This document shows positions 38,524 through 48,060 of a stretch of DNA of 64,000 nt, piece after piece. Source of the stretch: Minisyncoccota bacterium. Its GTDB lineage: Bacteria > Patescibacteriota > Minisyncoccia > Phycocordibacterales > JBAZVT01. The DNA is taken from assembly GCA_041660745.1 (NCBI GenBank), contig JBAZVT010000002.1, forward strand, positions 15,210-79,209, given 5' to 3'. The notes beneath the pieces were generated by a model. The model worked only from the letters and a program-made list of their open reading frames with translations, was not told the DNA's origin and searched no databases. Positions within the stretch are counted from its first letter, which is position 1, and each line of letters begins with the position of its first letter. A program made the position numbers and the translations under genes.

Positions 38524-39378
38524 ATGAAACTAGAGGTGATTCAACAATACTTGGGAAAGTTTGATCAATATGTGCATAAGGCTGGTGACGCTGAGTTCTG
38601 TTTTGCCAGAGATTTGCAGGGTTTGTTGGGATATACAAAATGGGATAACTTTTTAAATGTTATAGAAAAAGCAAAGATTGCCTGTAAGAATTCCGGTGGT
38701 AGTATTGATGAAAATTTTGCGTTTACCACGAGGCTTGTAGAGATGCCTAATGGTGGAACAAAGGATGCAGAGGATTATTTTCTTTCTAGATACGCATGTT
38801 ATCTTGTTGCACAAAATGGTGACTCGTCAAAAGAGCCGGTTGCTTTTGCAATGAGCTACTTTGCTGTTCAAACGCGAAAACAAGAAATTCTTGAAAAGAA
38901 GATTGAGGAAATTGAAAGGTTGCAGGCAAGAAATAAATTAAGTTTGTCAGAAAAGGAGTTATCTGGCGTTGTATATGAAAGAGGGGTTGATGGTCAAGGT
39001 TTTGCTGTGATTAGAAGTAAGGGAGACCAGGCACTTTTTGGTGGAAAAACTACCGCTGAAATGAAGAATAAGTATAAGGTCTCAAATTCTAGAGCGCTGG
39101 CAGATTTTTTACCTACCATTACAATAAAGGCGAAAGATTTTGCTAATGAAATTACCATTTTTAATGTTAAAAAGAATTCTGGTTTAAGAGGGGTAAATAG
39201 CATTACGAATGAACATGTCAAAAATAATAAAGATGTCCGAGACTTGTTGAAGAAAAGAGATATAATTCCCGAAAATCTCCCTCCTGAAGAAGATATTCAG
39301 AAATTAAGAAGAAGAATTGATTCTCAGGGTAAAAATATTTTAAAAGAAGTGGGTGGTAAAAGAAATGATCGGGGATAA
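38524..39378 (+). CDS. dinD: DNA damage-inducible protein D (BRO-N family)
   Basis: ARDLQGLLGYTKWDNF, LSRYACYLVAQNGD, YFAVQTR, RSKGDQALFGG, LADFLPT. Confidence 0.88.
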   Translation: MKLEVIQQYLGKFDQYVHKAGDAEFCFARDLQGLLGYTKWDNFLNVIEKAKIACKNSGGSIDENFAFTTRLVEMPNGGTKDAEDYFLSRYACYLVAQNGDSSKEPVAFAMSYFAVQTRKQEILEKKIEEIERLQARNKLSLSEKELSGVVYERGVDGQGFAVIRSKGDQALFGGKTTAEMKNKYKVSNSRALADFLPTITIKAKDFANEITIFNVKKNSGLRGVNSITNEHVKNNKDVRDLLKKRDIIPENLPPEEDIQKLRRRIDSQGKNILKEVGGKRNDRG

Positions 39379-39434
39379 AAAAGTGTAATTCATGCTATAA
39401 TTCTTTCATAAGTTTAATAAATAATTCACACACA

Positions 39435-39497
39435 ATGGCAAAAGGAAATAATTCTCAGAAGAAGGACAAGAAGAAGCCAAAGCAAAACAAAAAATAG
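39435..39497 (+). CDS. 20-aa Lys-rich small protein (not in ORF track)
   Basis: MAKGNNSQKKDKKKPKQNKK*; upstream TGCTATAAT extended -10 and downstream terminator. Confidence 0.6.
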   Translation: MAKGNNSQKKDKKKPKQNKK

Positions 39498-39602
39498 TTT
39501 TTAAAATCCCCTCTGTGAAGAGGGGATTTTAAATGTGGAGATGTTCATATCTGCCACACATAAATTTTGATAGAATAGATGGTATACATAACTAACAAAA
39601 CC

Positions 39603-39998
39603 ATGAACTCATACAATTGGTATTCGCAGCTTATTAAGCCGACATGGGCGCCACCGAGTTGGATATTTGGTCCAGTGTGGTCTTTCTTGTATATCGTAAT
39701 TGCAGTGTCGTTTGGAAAAGTATTTTTCATGGCGTGGCAAAAACAAGTGACACTACTTGTCCTGTTGCCATTTGTTTTGAATTTAATTTTTAATTTTGCG
39801 TTTACACCGATACAGTTTGGGCTCAAAAATAATATGCTTGCAGCTGTCGACATCGTGCTGGTGCTTGGCACTCTCATCTGGGCGATGATTGCAATATATC
39901 CACACGCACGTTGGATTACGTATGTTCAGATTCCTTATTTGTTGTGGGTTACTTTTGCAACCATTTTGCAATTTACTGTTACGTATTTAAATCGGTAG
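39603..39998 (+). CDS. tspO: TspO/MBR tryptophan-rich sensory protein
   Basis: WYSQLIKPTWAPPSWIFGPVW, PYLLWVTFA. Confidence 0.9.
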   Translation: MNSYNWYSQLIKPTWAPPSWIFGPVWSFLYIVIAVSFGKVFFMAWQKQVTLLVLLPFVLNLIFNFAFTPIQFGLKNNMLAAVDIVLVLGTLIWAMIAIYPHARWITYVQIPYLLWVTFATILQFTVTYLNR

Positions 39999-40053
39999 AG
40001 ATAAATTTTAGACACAAAACCACTCGCCTAAGCGAGTGGTTTTAGTGGTTGAT

Positions 40054-40218
40054 TGTCATCCTCGCGTATGCGCGTGATTCCGAATACTTGAAGGAATTAC
40101 GAACCGGACTGAACGAAGGTGAAGGAGGTGTGCCCAGAGAATCCGCTAGTATGCGGATATCTGTGGGGATCCAGGGCAAATTAAGTGGGTCTGGATTCCC
40201 ATTTTCATGGGAATGACA
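40054..40218. repeat. REP-like element TGTCATCCTCGCG...GGGAATGACA, copy 2, with nested insert
   Basis: Same termini as 27802-27896; GGGGATCCAG...CTGGATTCCC core. Confidence 0.7.
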
Positions 40219-40236
40219 GATGGCAAAGTTTTGTAT

Positions 40237-40920
40237 TTAGAGTCCGAGATTTTTGAGGAACTCTTCGAGTTCCGCGTCTTTGATTACTCTGTGAGAATTT
40301 GGTGCAAGTTTTCCGAGTTTGATATTTATGATTCTCGTACATTCTATATCTTTTACTTCAGCAAAGAGAAGCGAACAAATTTGGCGAATCGGATTCTTGC
40401 TGTCAGTCATAATTATATTAAAAGAAGATTCTTTGAGATTTGTGATTTTACTTCCGGTTACCGATTCTCCATTTTCTAAATTCATACCAGCTTCAACTTT
40501 TTCTTTGAAATTTGGGCGAAGTATACCGTTTACTTTTACGGAGTATTCTTTTTCGTGAGAATGTTTAGGATTGACCATTCTATCAATCGTGCGTCTGTCG
40601 TTTGTAAGGACTACGAGGCCATGGGAATTTTTCTCAAGACCAATGACAGGGAAAACGCCTTTCAGTGATGAGGTACTCAAGATGTCGTTTTCACCTTTGA
40701 GAGTAGGGTCGCTGTTTATGCCGAAGGGTTTGTTGTATGCATAGTAGACAAAGGCTGCGGGTTTTTTGTATGAGCGAACTTCCACAACGTCGGTTTCGTT
40801 GACTTTGTCTCCAAGCACGGCAAATTTCCCGTTTATCGTAACGAGTTTTTTGGAGATGAGTTCATCCGCACCTCTACGAGTGGCGTAATTTTTCAATGCG
40901 AGATATTTGTTGATTCGCAT
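40237..40920 (-). CDS. RsuA/RluB/RluF-family pseudouridine synthase homolog with degenerate active site
   Basis: S4 domain MRINKYLA..TRRGADELI, YNKP and HEKEY present, but FPVIGLEKNSHGL replaces GRLD. Confidence 0.85.
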   Translation of the reverse strand: MRINKYLALKNYATRRGADELISKKLVTINGKFAVLGDKVNETDVVEVRSYKKPAAFVYYAYNKPFGINSDPTLKGENDILSTSSLKGVFPVIGLEKNSHGLVVLTNDRRTIDRMVNPKHSHEKEYSVKVNGILRPNFKEKVEAGMNLENGESVTGSKITNLKESSFNIIMTDSKNPIRQICSLLFAEVKDIECTRIINIKLGKLAPNSHRVIKDAELEEFLKNLGL

Positions 40921-41056
40921 TGGGAATTCATTTGTTGGAGTTGTGTGGGGGTTGAACTTTTTGATAGTGTTAATAGTATAGCACAAAATTTACAAAAACG
41001 CTAGGGTGTTAATAGAAAACACGATAAACTCATTCTGGTGGTGGTATTATGAATAC

Positions 41057-41581
41057 ATGAAAAAAACACTTATAGTAGCTCTGTCGCTCGTTATTGTTGC
41101 CATACTTGTCGGTTTTATTGTTGTTAGGAATGGTTCTAATGAAAAATTGGAGGGGGTGGTAAATACTGGAGTGAACAACACCTTAAACACTGTAACAAAT
41201 ACCAGCACCGTCCTTAACCTTAGTGGGCAGGGACTTACTAAAGTTCCTGAGTATGTTTTTAGTAGAACGGATTTAGTGGAGTTAAATCTTTCAAACAACT
41301 TGTTGATAGATGCTTTGCCTTCACAGATTGGTAATTTAAAAAAATTAAAAGTGCTAAATTTGAGTAATAACAAGTTTATTGGCGTGCCAGCAGAGGTGGG
41401 ACAGTTGAAAAATTTGGAAGTACTTAATCTTTCAAATAATCAACTCACAGGACTTCCGTTTGAAATTGGAAATTTGTTAAATCTTAAATTATTAGATGTG
41501 TCAGGTAATCAATATTCAGAATCTGACTTTTTAACTATTCAGAAAAATTTACCTCCAACAACAATAATAAAGATTAAGTAA
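41057..41581 (+). CDS. Membrane-anchored leucine-rich repeat protein
   Basis: N-terminal TM; LxxLNLSNN 23-aa repeats. Confidence 0.9.
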   Translation: MKKTLIVALSLVIVAILVGFIVVRNGSNEKLEGVVNTGVNNTLNTVTNTSTVLNLSGQGLTKVPEYVFSRTDLVELNLSNNLLIDALPSQIGNLKKLKVLNLSNNKFIGVPAEVGQLKNLEVLNLSNNQLTGLPFEIGNLLNLKLLDVSGNQYSESDFLTIQKNLPPTTIIKIK

Positions 41582-41720
41582 CGGTAGAGATATTATTAAT
41601 TCGTAATTAAAATATTTTTTAAATTTTGGTTGTTCGAACATGTGATTAATGGTTAATTCATTCTGTTTGAATAAAGTCTTAGTGAGTTCGTTGCAATTCT
41701 TATTAGTAACATAAAAATAT

Positions 41721-42083
41721 ATGTCAAAATATGTTGATGGTTTTCTTATTCCAATTTTAGCAAAAAATGTTTCCGCGTATCGTCAAATGGCAAAGGATGC
41801 CGGTAAAGTATGGAAAAAATATGGAGCTCTGGACTTCAAAGAGTGTATCGGAGAGGATTTGAGCCCTAAAGGGGTGTCCTTTACTTTTGCGAAAGCTGTG
41901 AAGTTGAAAAAAGGTGAAAAAATAGTTTTTTCATACATATTGTACAAGTCACGTGCTCATAGAGATCGTGTGAATGCAAAGGTTATGAAAGATAATTCCA
42001 TGAATCAATATGAGGGCAAAGAAATGCCTTTTGATATGAAGCGTATGGTATATGCTGGCTTCGATGTTATTGTGGATGCCTAG
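41721..42083 (+). CDS. DUF1428 family protein
   Basis: YVDGF, YKSRAHRDRVNAKVMKD, MPFDMKRMVYAGF. Confidence 0.88.
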   Translation: MSKYVDGFLIPILAKNVSAYRQMAKDAGKVWKKYGALDFKECIGEDLSPKGVSFTFAKAVKLKKGEKIVFSYILYKSRAHRDRVNAKVMKDNSMNQYEGKEMPFDMKRMVYAGFDVIVDA

Positions 42084-42169
42084 CTTTACGTGTTTATTGT
42101 AATAAGGGGCAAGATTGATATCTGATATATAGAAATATTTAATTAAAAAAGCGGTATAATATATTCACT

Positions 42170-42733
42170 ATGAATTTTCAATCAAAACATGTAATAATCT
42201 TCGGGGTAATTGTGATGCTTATTATTATCGTCGGCGTGGGTTTCGTGATTTCGTCACGTCCTGAAACACCGAAGACACCAATCCTTTCTTTTGAAGATTG
42301 TGCTCGCGCGTATCCTGTTATGGAAAGTTATCCACGACAATGTAGGACTCCAGATGGAAGGCTGTTTGCCGAGGAGTTACCAGAAAGAATTACGTACACA
42401 AACGCCACTGCGGATATGATTACAGTAGAGTTACCGTTTCCTGGAGCGGTAGTAGGGAAAGAGTTTAGTGTTATTGGAAAAGCACGCGGGACATGGTTTT
42501 TTGAGGCGTCTTTCCCAGTGGAAGTGATAGACGGGGGCGGAAAAACACTTGCTGTAGGTATTGCCCAGGCGCAGGGCGACTGGATGACAGTAAATTTTGT
42601 TCCTTTTAGTGTAAATGTGAAAGTTCCAGAATCCTATATCGGTCCAGCAACGATTATTTTGAAAAAGGATAATCCTTCTGGGCTGTCAGAGTACGATGCT
42701 TCTATTTCATTTCCAATTACTATAGAATACTAA
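42170..42733 (+). CDS. Gmad2 Ig-like domain membrane protein
   Basis: TM; YPVMESYPRQC; GKARGTWFFEASFP; DNPSGL. Confidence 0.8.
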   Translation: MNFQSKHVIIFGVIVMLIIIVGVGFVISSRPETPKTPILSFEDCARAYPVMESYPRQCRTPDGRLFAEELPERITYTNATADMITVELPFPGAVVGKEFSVIGKARGTWFFEASFPVEVIDGGGKTLAVGIAQAQGDWMTVNFVPFSVNVKVPESYIGPATIILKKDNPSGLSEYDASISFPITIEY

Positions 42734-42808
42734 GAAGGAGCTATTGGCACACTATTTACGCCCTAGGCTCTCTTGTTTTTTTGTGGGGGTTGAATGATTT
42801 GAGATTGT

Positions 42809-43312
42809 ATGTCCAGAAGAAAAAAATTCATTATTATTGTGGTATTCTTAACCTGTATTGTTGGATATGGGTCTCTTCATGTTAGAGATAATTTACTTTC
42901 TCCTACAAACAACACAGTGCCGGTAGTCCCTGTATACAACGGCCCACTGGTGCAAGTGGGTATGGTTGAGATACCGGTAGAGGTGGCTTCAAGTTCAGAC
43001 GCGATTATTAAGGGTTTATCAAATCGTGATTTTCTTAAGCCGCAGAAAGGGATGTTCTTTACTTTTTCTCAACCAGCCCGTTACAGGTTTTGGATGAAAG
43101 ATATGAATTTTCCCCTCGATATTTTGTGGATTCGGGAAGGAAGAGTTGTTGATATGCACAAGATGATCCCGGCAGATTTTGACCCACTGAAACCGGTTTT
43201 TTACTCCCCAGATTTCCCAGCTCAATTTGTGCTTGAGGTTAATGCTGGCTTTATTGATACTAACGGAATTAAGGTGGGTGATCCTGTTTTCACTAAGAAT
43301 TTGGATAAATAG
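42809..43312 (+). CDS. DUF192 family protein
   Basis: GLSNR, GMFF, FWMKDMNFPLDILWI, VLEVNAG. Confidence 0.88.
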   Translation: MSRRKKFIIIVVFLTCIVGYGSLHVRDNLLSPTNNTVPVVPVYNGPLVQVGMVEIPVEVASSSDAIIKGLSNRDFLKPQKGMFFTFSQPARYRFWMKDMNFPLDILWIREGRVVDMHKMIPADFDPLKPVFYSPDFPAQFVLEVNAGFIDTNGIKVGDPVFTKNLDK

Positions 43313-43314
43313 AC

Positions 43315-45495
43315 ATGGAAATACTGAAAGCAAAACATAAGGATAAGGCATGGTGGAATAGATTTGTAAGGGAGAACTATCCGCCCATAGGAGCTTTCAT
43401 GCAGACGTGGGAGTGGGGTAATTTTAAAAAAGGGGAAGGAAGGAAGGTGGAGAGGTTTTATGTCAGAGATCAATCAAAAATAGTCGCTGTTTTTACTCTT
43501 GTTGAATACAAACTTCCGCTCGGGTTTTTATACGGATACGCTCCTCGAGGGCCTGTAGTCGAAAAAAATTATGCGACGGATGGCTTTGTGGCGGTTCTGG
43601 CAAGAGAAATTAGTGTATGGGCAAGAAAGGCTTTTCCAAAACTTTTATTTATAAGACTAGAGCCCCCGTATTCTCACCTAGGATCCGAGCAACGTGGACA
43701 GCACTTTCATATCCCAGACTTTTATATACAACCTCGTCACAACCACGCCGTTCTACTTGATAAACCAGAGGTGGAAATTATTGCCGGTTTTCACTCGTCG
43801 ACACGTTCAAACATACACAGAGCAGAGAACCGCGGAGTGAGAGTCGTTGTTAAAAATCACGGGAAGGAAGACTGCTACAGTCCTTTTCGGAAGATTGGAG
43901 GTGACACCATACAAAGAAATGATGGCAAGAATTTGTATCCATCCGTCAGTTACTTCGAGTCTTTTTTCAAAACTTTTTTACCATTTGAAACGAAACATAA
44001 TCCCGATACTTTAACGGTCGTGACATTTTTTGGATACCAACATGATGATTTGGCTGCGGTGCATTTTGTTCTGTTTTTTGCTGATACCGCCACATATCTA
44101 TATGGCGCATCAAGCACTGCCCATCTACAGTCGAAGGTGACTACGTATCTTCACTGGTCAGCGATGCAAGAGGCAAAAAAACATGGAATGAAGTACTATG
44201 ATCTCGGAGGAATCGATGAAAAACTGTGGCCTTCGCTTACGAAATTTAAGCGGCAATTTAAGGGTGAAGAATTTAATTACATTGGAAATATTGATTTACC
44301 ACTTAGGCCATTCTTGTATAGCATATTTAACAGTATGCAGTGGGCGAGAAAAACATTTCACCACGTACGAGAGACCCAGAATTTACAATCAAAAAAAGTA
44401 TTTGTTGCGGTATTTGTTGTGGTGCTTTTGACGGGTACAACTTTTCTCTCTCATTATTTTTGGGGCGACGATTCTCGAGATCGGCGCGTAGAGACCAGGT
44501 GTCTGGCATATCCTGCTGCATGCTCGATTGCAGCCGCTGCAATTCCTGAAGAGAAAATTTTATCTACGGACTATCATGTTTTTCAAACATTTAATAATTG
44601 TGCTCCCGCAGCCCTATCAATGGCACTCTCATATTATGGAATTCTAGACAGTCAGGAAAAAATTGCTCAGGATCTACGTCCGCATAATAATTCAACCGGT
44701 GACAATGATGATAAATCTACGCCGCCACAGGAATTGGCAGATTATGTAAAACAATACGGGCTCATTCCGTATTTTCGTCCGCATGGTAATGTTGATGTCT
44801 TAAAACAATTTCTTGCAAAAGATATCCCCGTTGTTGTGCGTACGTTGCTCTATGAAGATAAAGATTATGCACACTATCGTGTGATTAAGGGGTATGATGA
44901 CGTTAAACAGGAGTTTATTCAGGATGACTCGCTTGAAGGTAAAAATCTAGCATATTCATACGAGGATTTCCTGTTGCTGTGGAAGCCATTTAACTATGCA
45001 TATCTCGTTTTTGCTACCGCAGAGAACCAAAAAGAAATAGAAGAAATTCTGGGTGAAGATGTTCAGATTTCGACAGCATGGATGAATGCCCGTTTTGATG
45101 CGGAAAAAACATTGAGCTTATCGCCCAGCGATGTGCAGGCACGTTTTAATCTCGCTGTTGCGCTTTATTATCTTGGTGATCATGCTGCCTCGGCTATAGA
45201 GTTTGAGAAGGTAGAACAAAGGCTTTCTGCACATATGTTGTGGTATCAAATAGAGCCTATTGAAAATTATTTTATGCTAAAGAATTACGAAAAAGTATTT
45301 TCTTTGTCCGATTCCATTCTAAATAATAACAACCGTGCATTTTCGGAGCTCTATATATTACGTGGTAAGAGTTATTTGAACTTAGGGAGAAAGGATATGG
45401 CAAAAGGTGAGTTTAAGAAAGCCGTCTACTTTAATACTAATTCGGAGGCTGCTCGAGACGCACTAAACTCTGTTAGTGATGTGAGTGCTAGGTAA
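43315..45495 (+). CDS. Fusion: FemABX-like aminoacyltransferase + TM + C39-like peptidase + TPR
   Basis: FMQTWEWGNFK, YAPRGP, YLYGAS, YDLGG, FKRQF; TM near residue 365-385; QTFNNCAPAAL...HYRVIKGYD...DDS; TPR-like helices. Confidence 0.85.
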   Translation: MEILKAKHKDKAWWNRFVRENYPPIGAFMQTWEWGNFKKGEGRKVERFYVRDQSKIVAVFTLVEYKLPLGFLYGYAPRGPVVEKNYATDGFVAVLAREISVWARKAFPKLLFIRLEPPYSHLGSEQRGQHFHIPDFYIQPRHNHAVLLDKPEVEIIAGFHSSTRSNIHRAENRGVRVVVKNHGKEDCYSPFRKIGGDTIQRNDGKNLYPSVSYFESFFKTFLPFETKHNPDTLTVVTFFGYQHDDLAAVHFVLFFADTATYLYGASSTAHLQSKVTTYLHWSAMQEAKKHGMKYYDLGGIDEKLWPSLTKFKRQFKGEEFNYIGNIDLPLRPFLYSIFNSMQWARKTFHHVRETQNLQSKKVFVAVFVVVLLTGTTFLSHYFWGDDSRDRRVETRCLAYPAACSIAAAAIPEEKILSTDYHVFQTFNNCAPAALSMALSYYGILDSQEKIAQDLRPHNNSTGDNDDKSTPPQELADYVKQYGLIPYFRPHGNVDVLKQFLAKDIPVVVRTLLYEDKDYAHYRVIKGYDDVKQEFIQDDSLEGKNLAYSYEDFLLLWKPFNYAYLVFATAENQKEIEEILGEDVQISTAWMNARFDAEKTLSLSPSDVQARFNLAVALYYLGDHAASAIEFEKVEQRLSAHMLWYQIEPIENYFMLKNYEKVFSLSDSILNNNNRAFSELYILRGKSYLNLGRKDMAKGEFKKAVYFNTNSEAARDALNSVSDVSAR

Positions 45496-45591
45496 TCTAG
45501 TAAGCTTTTTTTCTGTATATCAACCCGAAATCTTCATTTCTGAAATGATAGAATTTTTTGTATTAGTATTTAATAGGTAACATAATTTATC

Positions 45592-46011
45592 ATGAATAAA
45601 ATAATTCATTTTGAAATTCACGCAAAGGATCAAGATAGAATACAAAAGTTTTACGAAGATGCCTTTGGTTGGAAAATAAAAGACTTGGGGCCAGAAATGG
45701 GTCAGTATCGACTAATCGATACTGGGCCAGTGGTGGATACGGGAACAGAGACAATGGGGATAAATGGAGGTATGAGTTTAGTGCCGAGCCATGAACCTGT
45801 AGATGGTCAGTCGGTTAATGCGTTTGTGTGTATTGTCGGTGTGAACGATATTCTGGAGTCTGTTGAAAAAGTTAAAAATGCGGGTGGAATAATAACTGAA
45901 GACGTGATGGACATGCCTACTATCGGCAAACTCGCATACTGCAAAGACCCTGAAGGAAATCTTTTTGGAATAATAGAGCCTGTACCAATGACAGAACAAA
46001 AACAGCCCTAG
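45592..46011 (+). CDS. VOC/glyoxalase family protein
   Basis: HFEI, FYEDAFGW, GINGG, KDPEGNLFG. Confidence 0.88.
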   Translation: MNKIIHFEIHAKDQDRIQKFYEDAFGWKIKDLGPEMGQYRLIDTGPVVDTGTETMGINGGMSLVPSHEPVDGQSVNAFVCIVGVNDILESVEKVKNAGGIITEDVMDMPTIGKLAYCKDPEGNLFGIIEPVPMTEQKQP

Positions 46012-46027
46012 GGCTGTTTTTGTTCTG

Positions 46028-46510
46028 TCATTTTAAAGCCTCGGCGAGTTTATCAAATGATTCGTTCCAGCCTTGTTTTGTTAAGTCACTCATCTGACCT
46101 TTTGGAACTCCAGCGTGTCGCAAAGACATTTTGGTTTTGTTTCCCTCGATTTCTTCAAAAGTAATAGTTGCTAGTAATTCTAAGGGAAATTTATTCATGC
46201 CATAATAGGATCCTGGGACGACATTACCTTTTTCATCAGCAAAACTATCCGTTACTATGATTTTGCTTGGCGGAACAATTTTTTTATATGTGCCTGTGCT
46301 CCAGTATTCTTTACCATCTGGTCCACGCATACAATATAGGGATTTCCCTCCTATTTTAAAATCATTTTTTATGTGTGGCGCAGTAAAATTTTTTGGTCCA
46401 TGCCATTTTTTGATTATTTCCGGATCTGACCATGCTTTCCATACAACTTCGCGTGGTGCATCAAATTCTCGTGTAATAAAAATTTCGTTTTCGGGTGTTG
46501 TTTTTGGCAT
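46028..46510 (-). CDS. SRPBCC (AHSA1/START-like) protein
   Basis: TREFDAPREVVWKAW, GWNESFDKL. Confidence 0.88.
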   Translation of the reverse strand: MPKTTPENEIFITREFDAPREVVWKAWSDPEIIKKWHGPKNFTAPHIKNDFKIGGKSLYCMRGPDGKEYWSTGTYKKIVPPSKIIVTDSFADEKGNVVPGSYYGMNKFPLELLATITFEEIEGNKTKMSLRHAGVPKGQMSDLTKQGWNESFDKLAEALK

Positions 46511-46704
46511 ATGTATAGTTATTAAAAATGCATTGGTAAAGACATCTTCAATTATATGTATGCTAATGAAAAAATGATGGGGTATACTTTCAAAACATTT
46601 TTTTCAAGCATCTTCTCCATGAAGAAAATACGAGCTCTTTCTTGCTATTTTGTCAATAAAAGCATAGACTTCAGTGGAATTAGATAATAACCAATAATAT
46701 ATAC

Positions 46705-47319
46705 ATGGGAAATTTCAATCGCGGAGGTGGAGGAGGTGGTGGATTCGGTGGAAACAGAGGCGGTGGCGGATTTAGTGGTGGACGACCAAGTTTCCAAAAG
46801 AAACCATGGGGTGGAAATGGAGGTGGTGGATTTGATAAACCGATGTTTAAGGCTGTTTGTGGCGAGTGTGATAAGCCTTGTGAGGTTCCTTTCCGTCCAA
46901 CCGGTGAACGCCCAGTGTATTGCAGAGAATGTTTTGCAGCAAATGGAGGTCCAACTGCAGGCAGAACAGACAGTGCTCCACAGAGAAGTTTTCACGGAGC
47001 TCCAGCAAAGCCAAGTTTCGATAATTCTAACAGAGGATCTGGTGAGGTAAAAAGTGGTTCCGATGTGTCCAGGATGATAGAGGCTCTTTCTTCAAAGATT
47101 GATAAGCTTGTACAAGCAGTTGAAGCACTTTCACCAAAGAAACCAACTCAAGAGAAGGTTGTTGCTGTGGAAGTAAAGAAGGCTCCAGTTGCAGAAACAA
47201 AAAAAGAAGATGCTCCTAAAAAGGAACATGCAAAAGGTTTTCTCAAGAAAGAAATTGCAGCAGCGGTTTCTCCAAAGAAAGTCTTAAAGAAAAAGGTTGT
47301 AGCAAAGAAGGGTAAATAA
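46705..47319 (+). CDS. CxxC-x17-CxxC domain protein with Gly/Arg-rich N-terminus and Lys-rich tail
   Basis: MFKAVCGECDKPCEVPFRPTGERPVYCRECF. Confidence 0.88.
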   Translation: MGNFNRGGGGGGGFGGNRGGGGFSGGRPSFQKKPWGGNGGGGFDKPMFKAVCGECDKPCEVPFRPTGERPVYCRECFAANGGPTAGRTDSAPQRSFHGAPAKPSFDNSNRGSGEVKSGSDVSRMIEALSSKIDKLVQAVEALSPKKPTQEKVVAVEVKKAPVAETKKEDAPKKEHAKGFLKKEIAAAVSPKKVLKKKVVAKKGK

Positions 47320-47424
47320 TTTTGTTTTAATATAAAATTTACAAAAAACACGGCGGGAGTGCCGTGTTTTTTTGTTGGTTGTTGCTCGATTCTAATTTTG
47401 CTGTTTTTGGTGTAGACTTAAATT

Positions 47425-48051
47425 ATGGATAAAATTACTGATTTAATAAACCTGTTGCAGATTACTCGCAATCAACCTCAGTATGGCTATGCTGTGGCCG
47501 GTAGTAATATAAGACTTAGTAATTTAGCTGAACATCATTATCTCGTGACTATGCTCGGATGGCAGCTTTCTGAATTGGTAAATGGGAAGGGTGCAAAAAT
47601 TGATGTATTCAAAGTGGTAAAATTTTGCCTTCTCCACGATATTGGGGAGTTGTTTGGTGGTGATATTGGCATGTATTATGCAAAAGCAAATCCTCAGGCT
47701 CGTGTGTATGCAAGGCAGTTTGAAGAGGAAAATCAAAAGTTTCTTTCAAAGTATTTCAGCAATTCTGACGAGGTCCAAACATTGGCAAAAGAAATTCTTG
47801 AATCAGAATCAGACGAGGCTCATATTTCTAAAGTTGCTGATTATCTTGAAGTAACTCACTACAAGCTTTTTAATGGTCAACTTAAGAAAAAAGATATTGA
47901 ACTTATCGCCCCGAAACTTGCCGAGAAAATAGAAAAAATACAGGATGTAATTGCTAGAGAGGAATTATTGAAGTTTGTAGACTCTTGGAAAGAAAAGATG
48001 GTGAAGTACGATTCTTTCCTTGATGCATCAACTGACGCTCTTAAGGTCTAA
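47425..48051 (+). CDS. HD-domain phosphohydrolase (YfbR-like)
   Basis: LAEHHY, LLHDIGE..GDI, KVADYLE. Confidence 0.82.
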   Translation: MDKITDLINLLQITRNQPQYGYAVAGSNIRLSNLAEHHYLVTMLGWQLSELVNGKGAKIDVFKVVKFCLLHDIGELFGGDIGMYYAKANPQARVYARQFEEENQKFLSKYFSNSDEVQTLAKEILESESDEAHISKVADYLEVTHYKLFNGQLKKKDIELIAPKLAEKIEKIQDVIAREELLKFVDSWKEKMVKYDSFLDASTDALKV

Positions 48052-48060
48052 TTATAAAAT

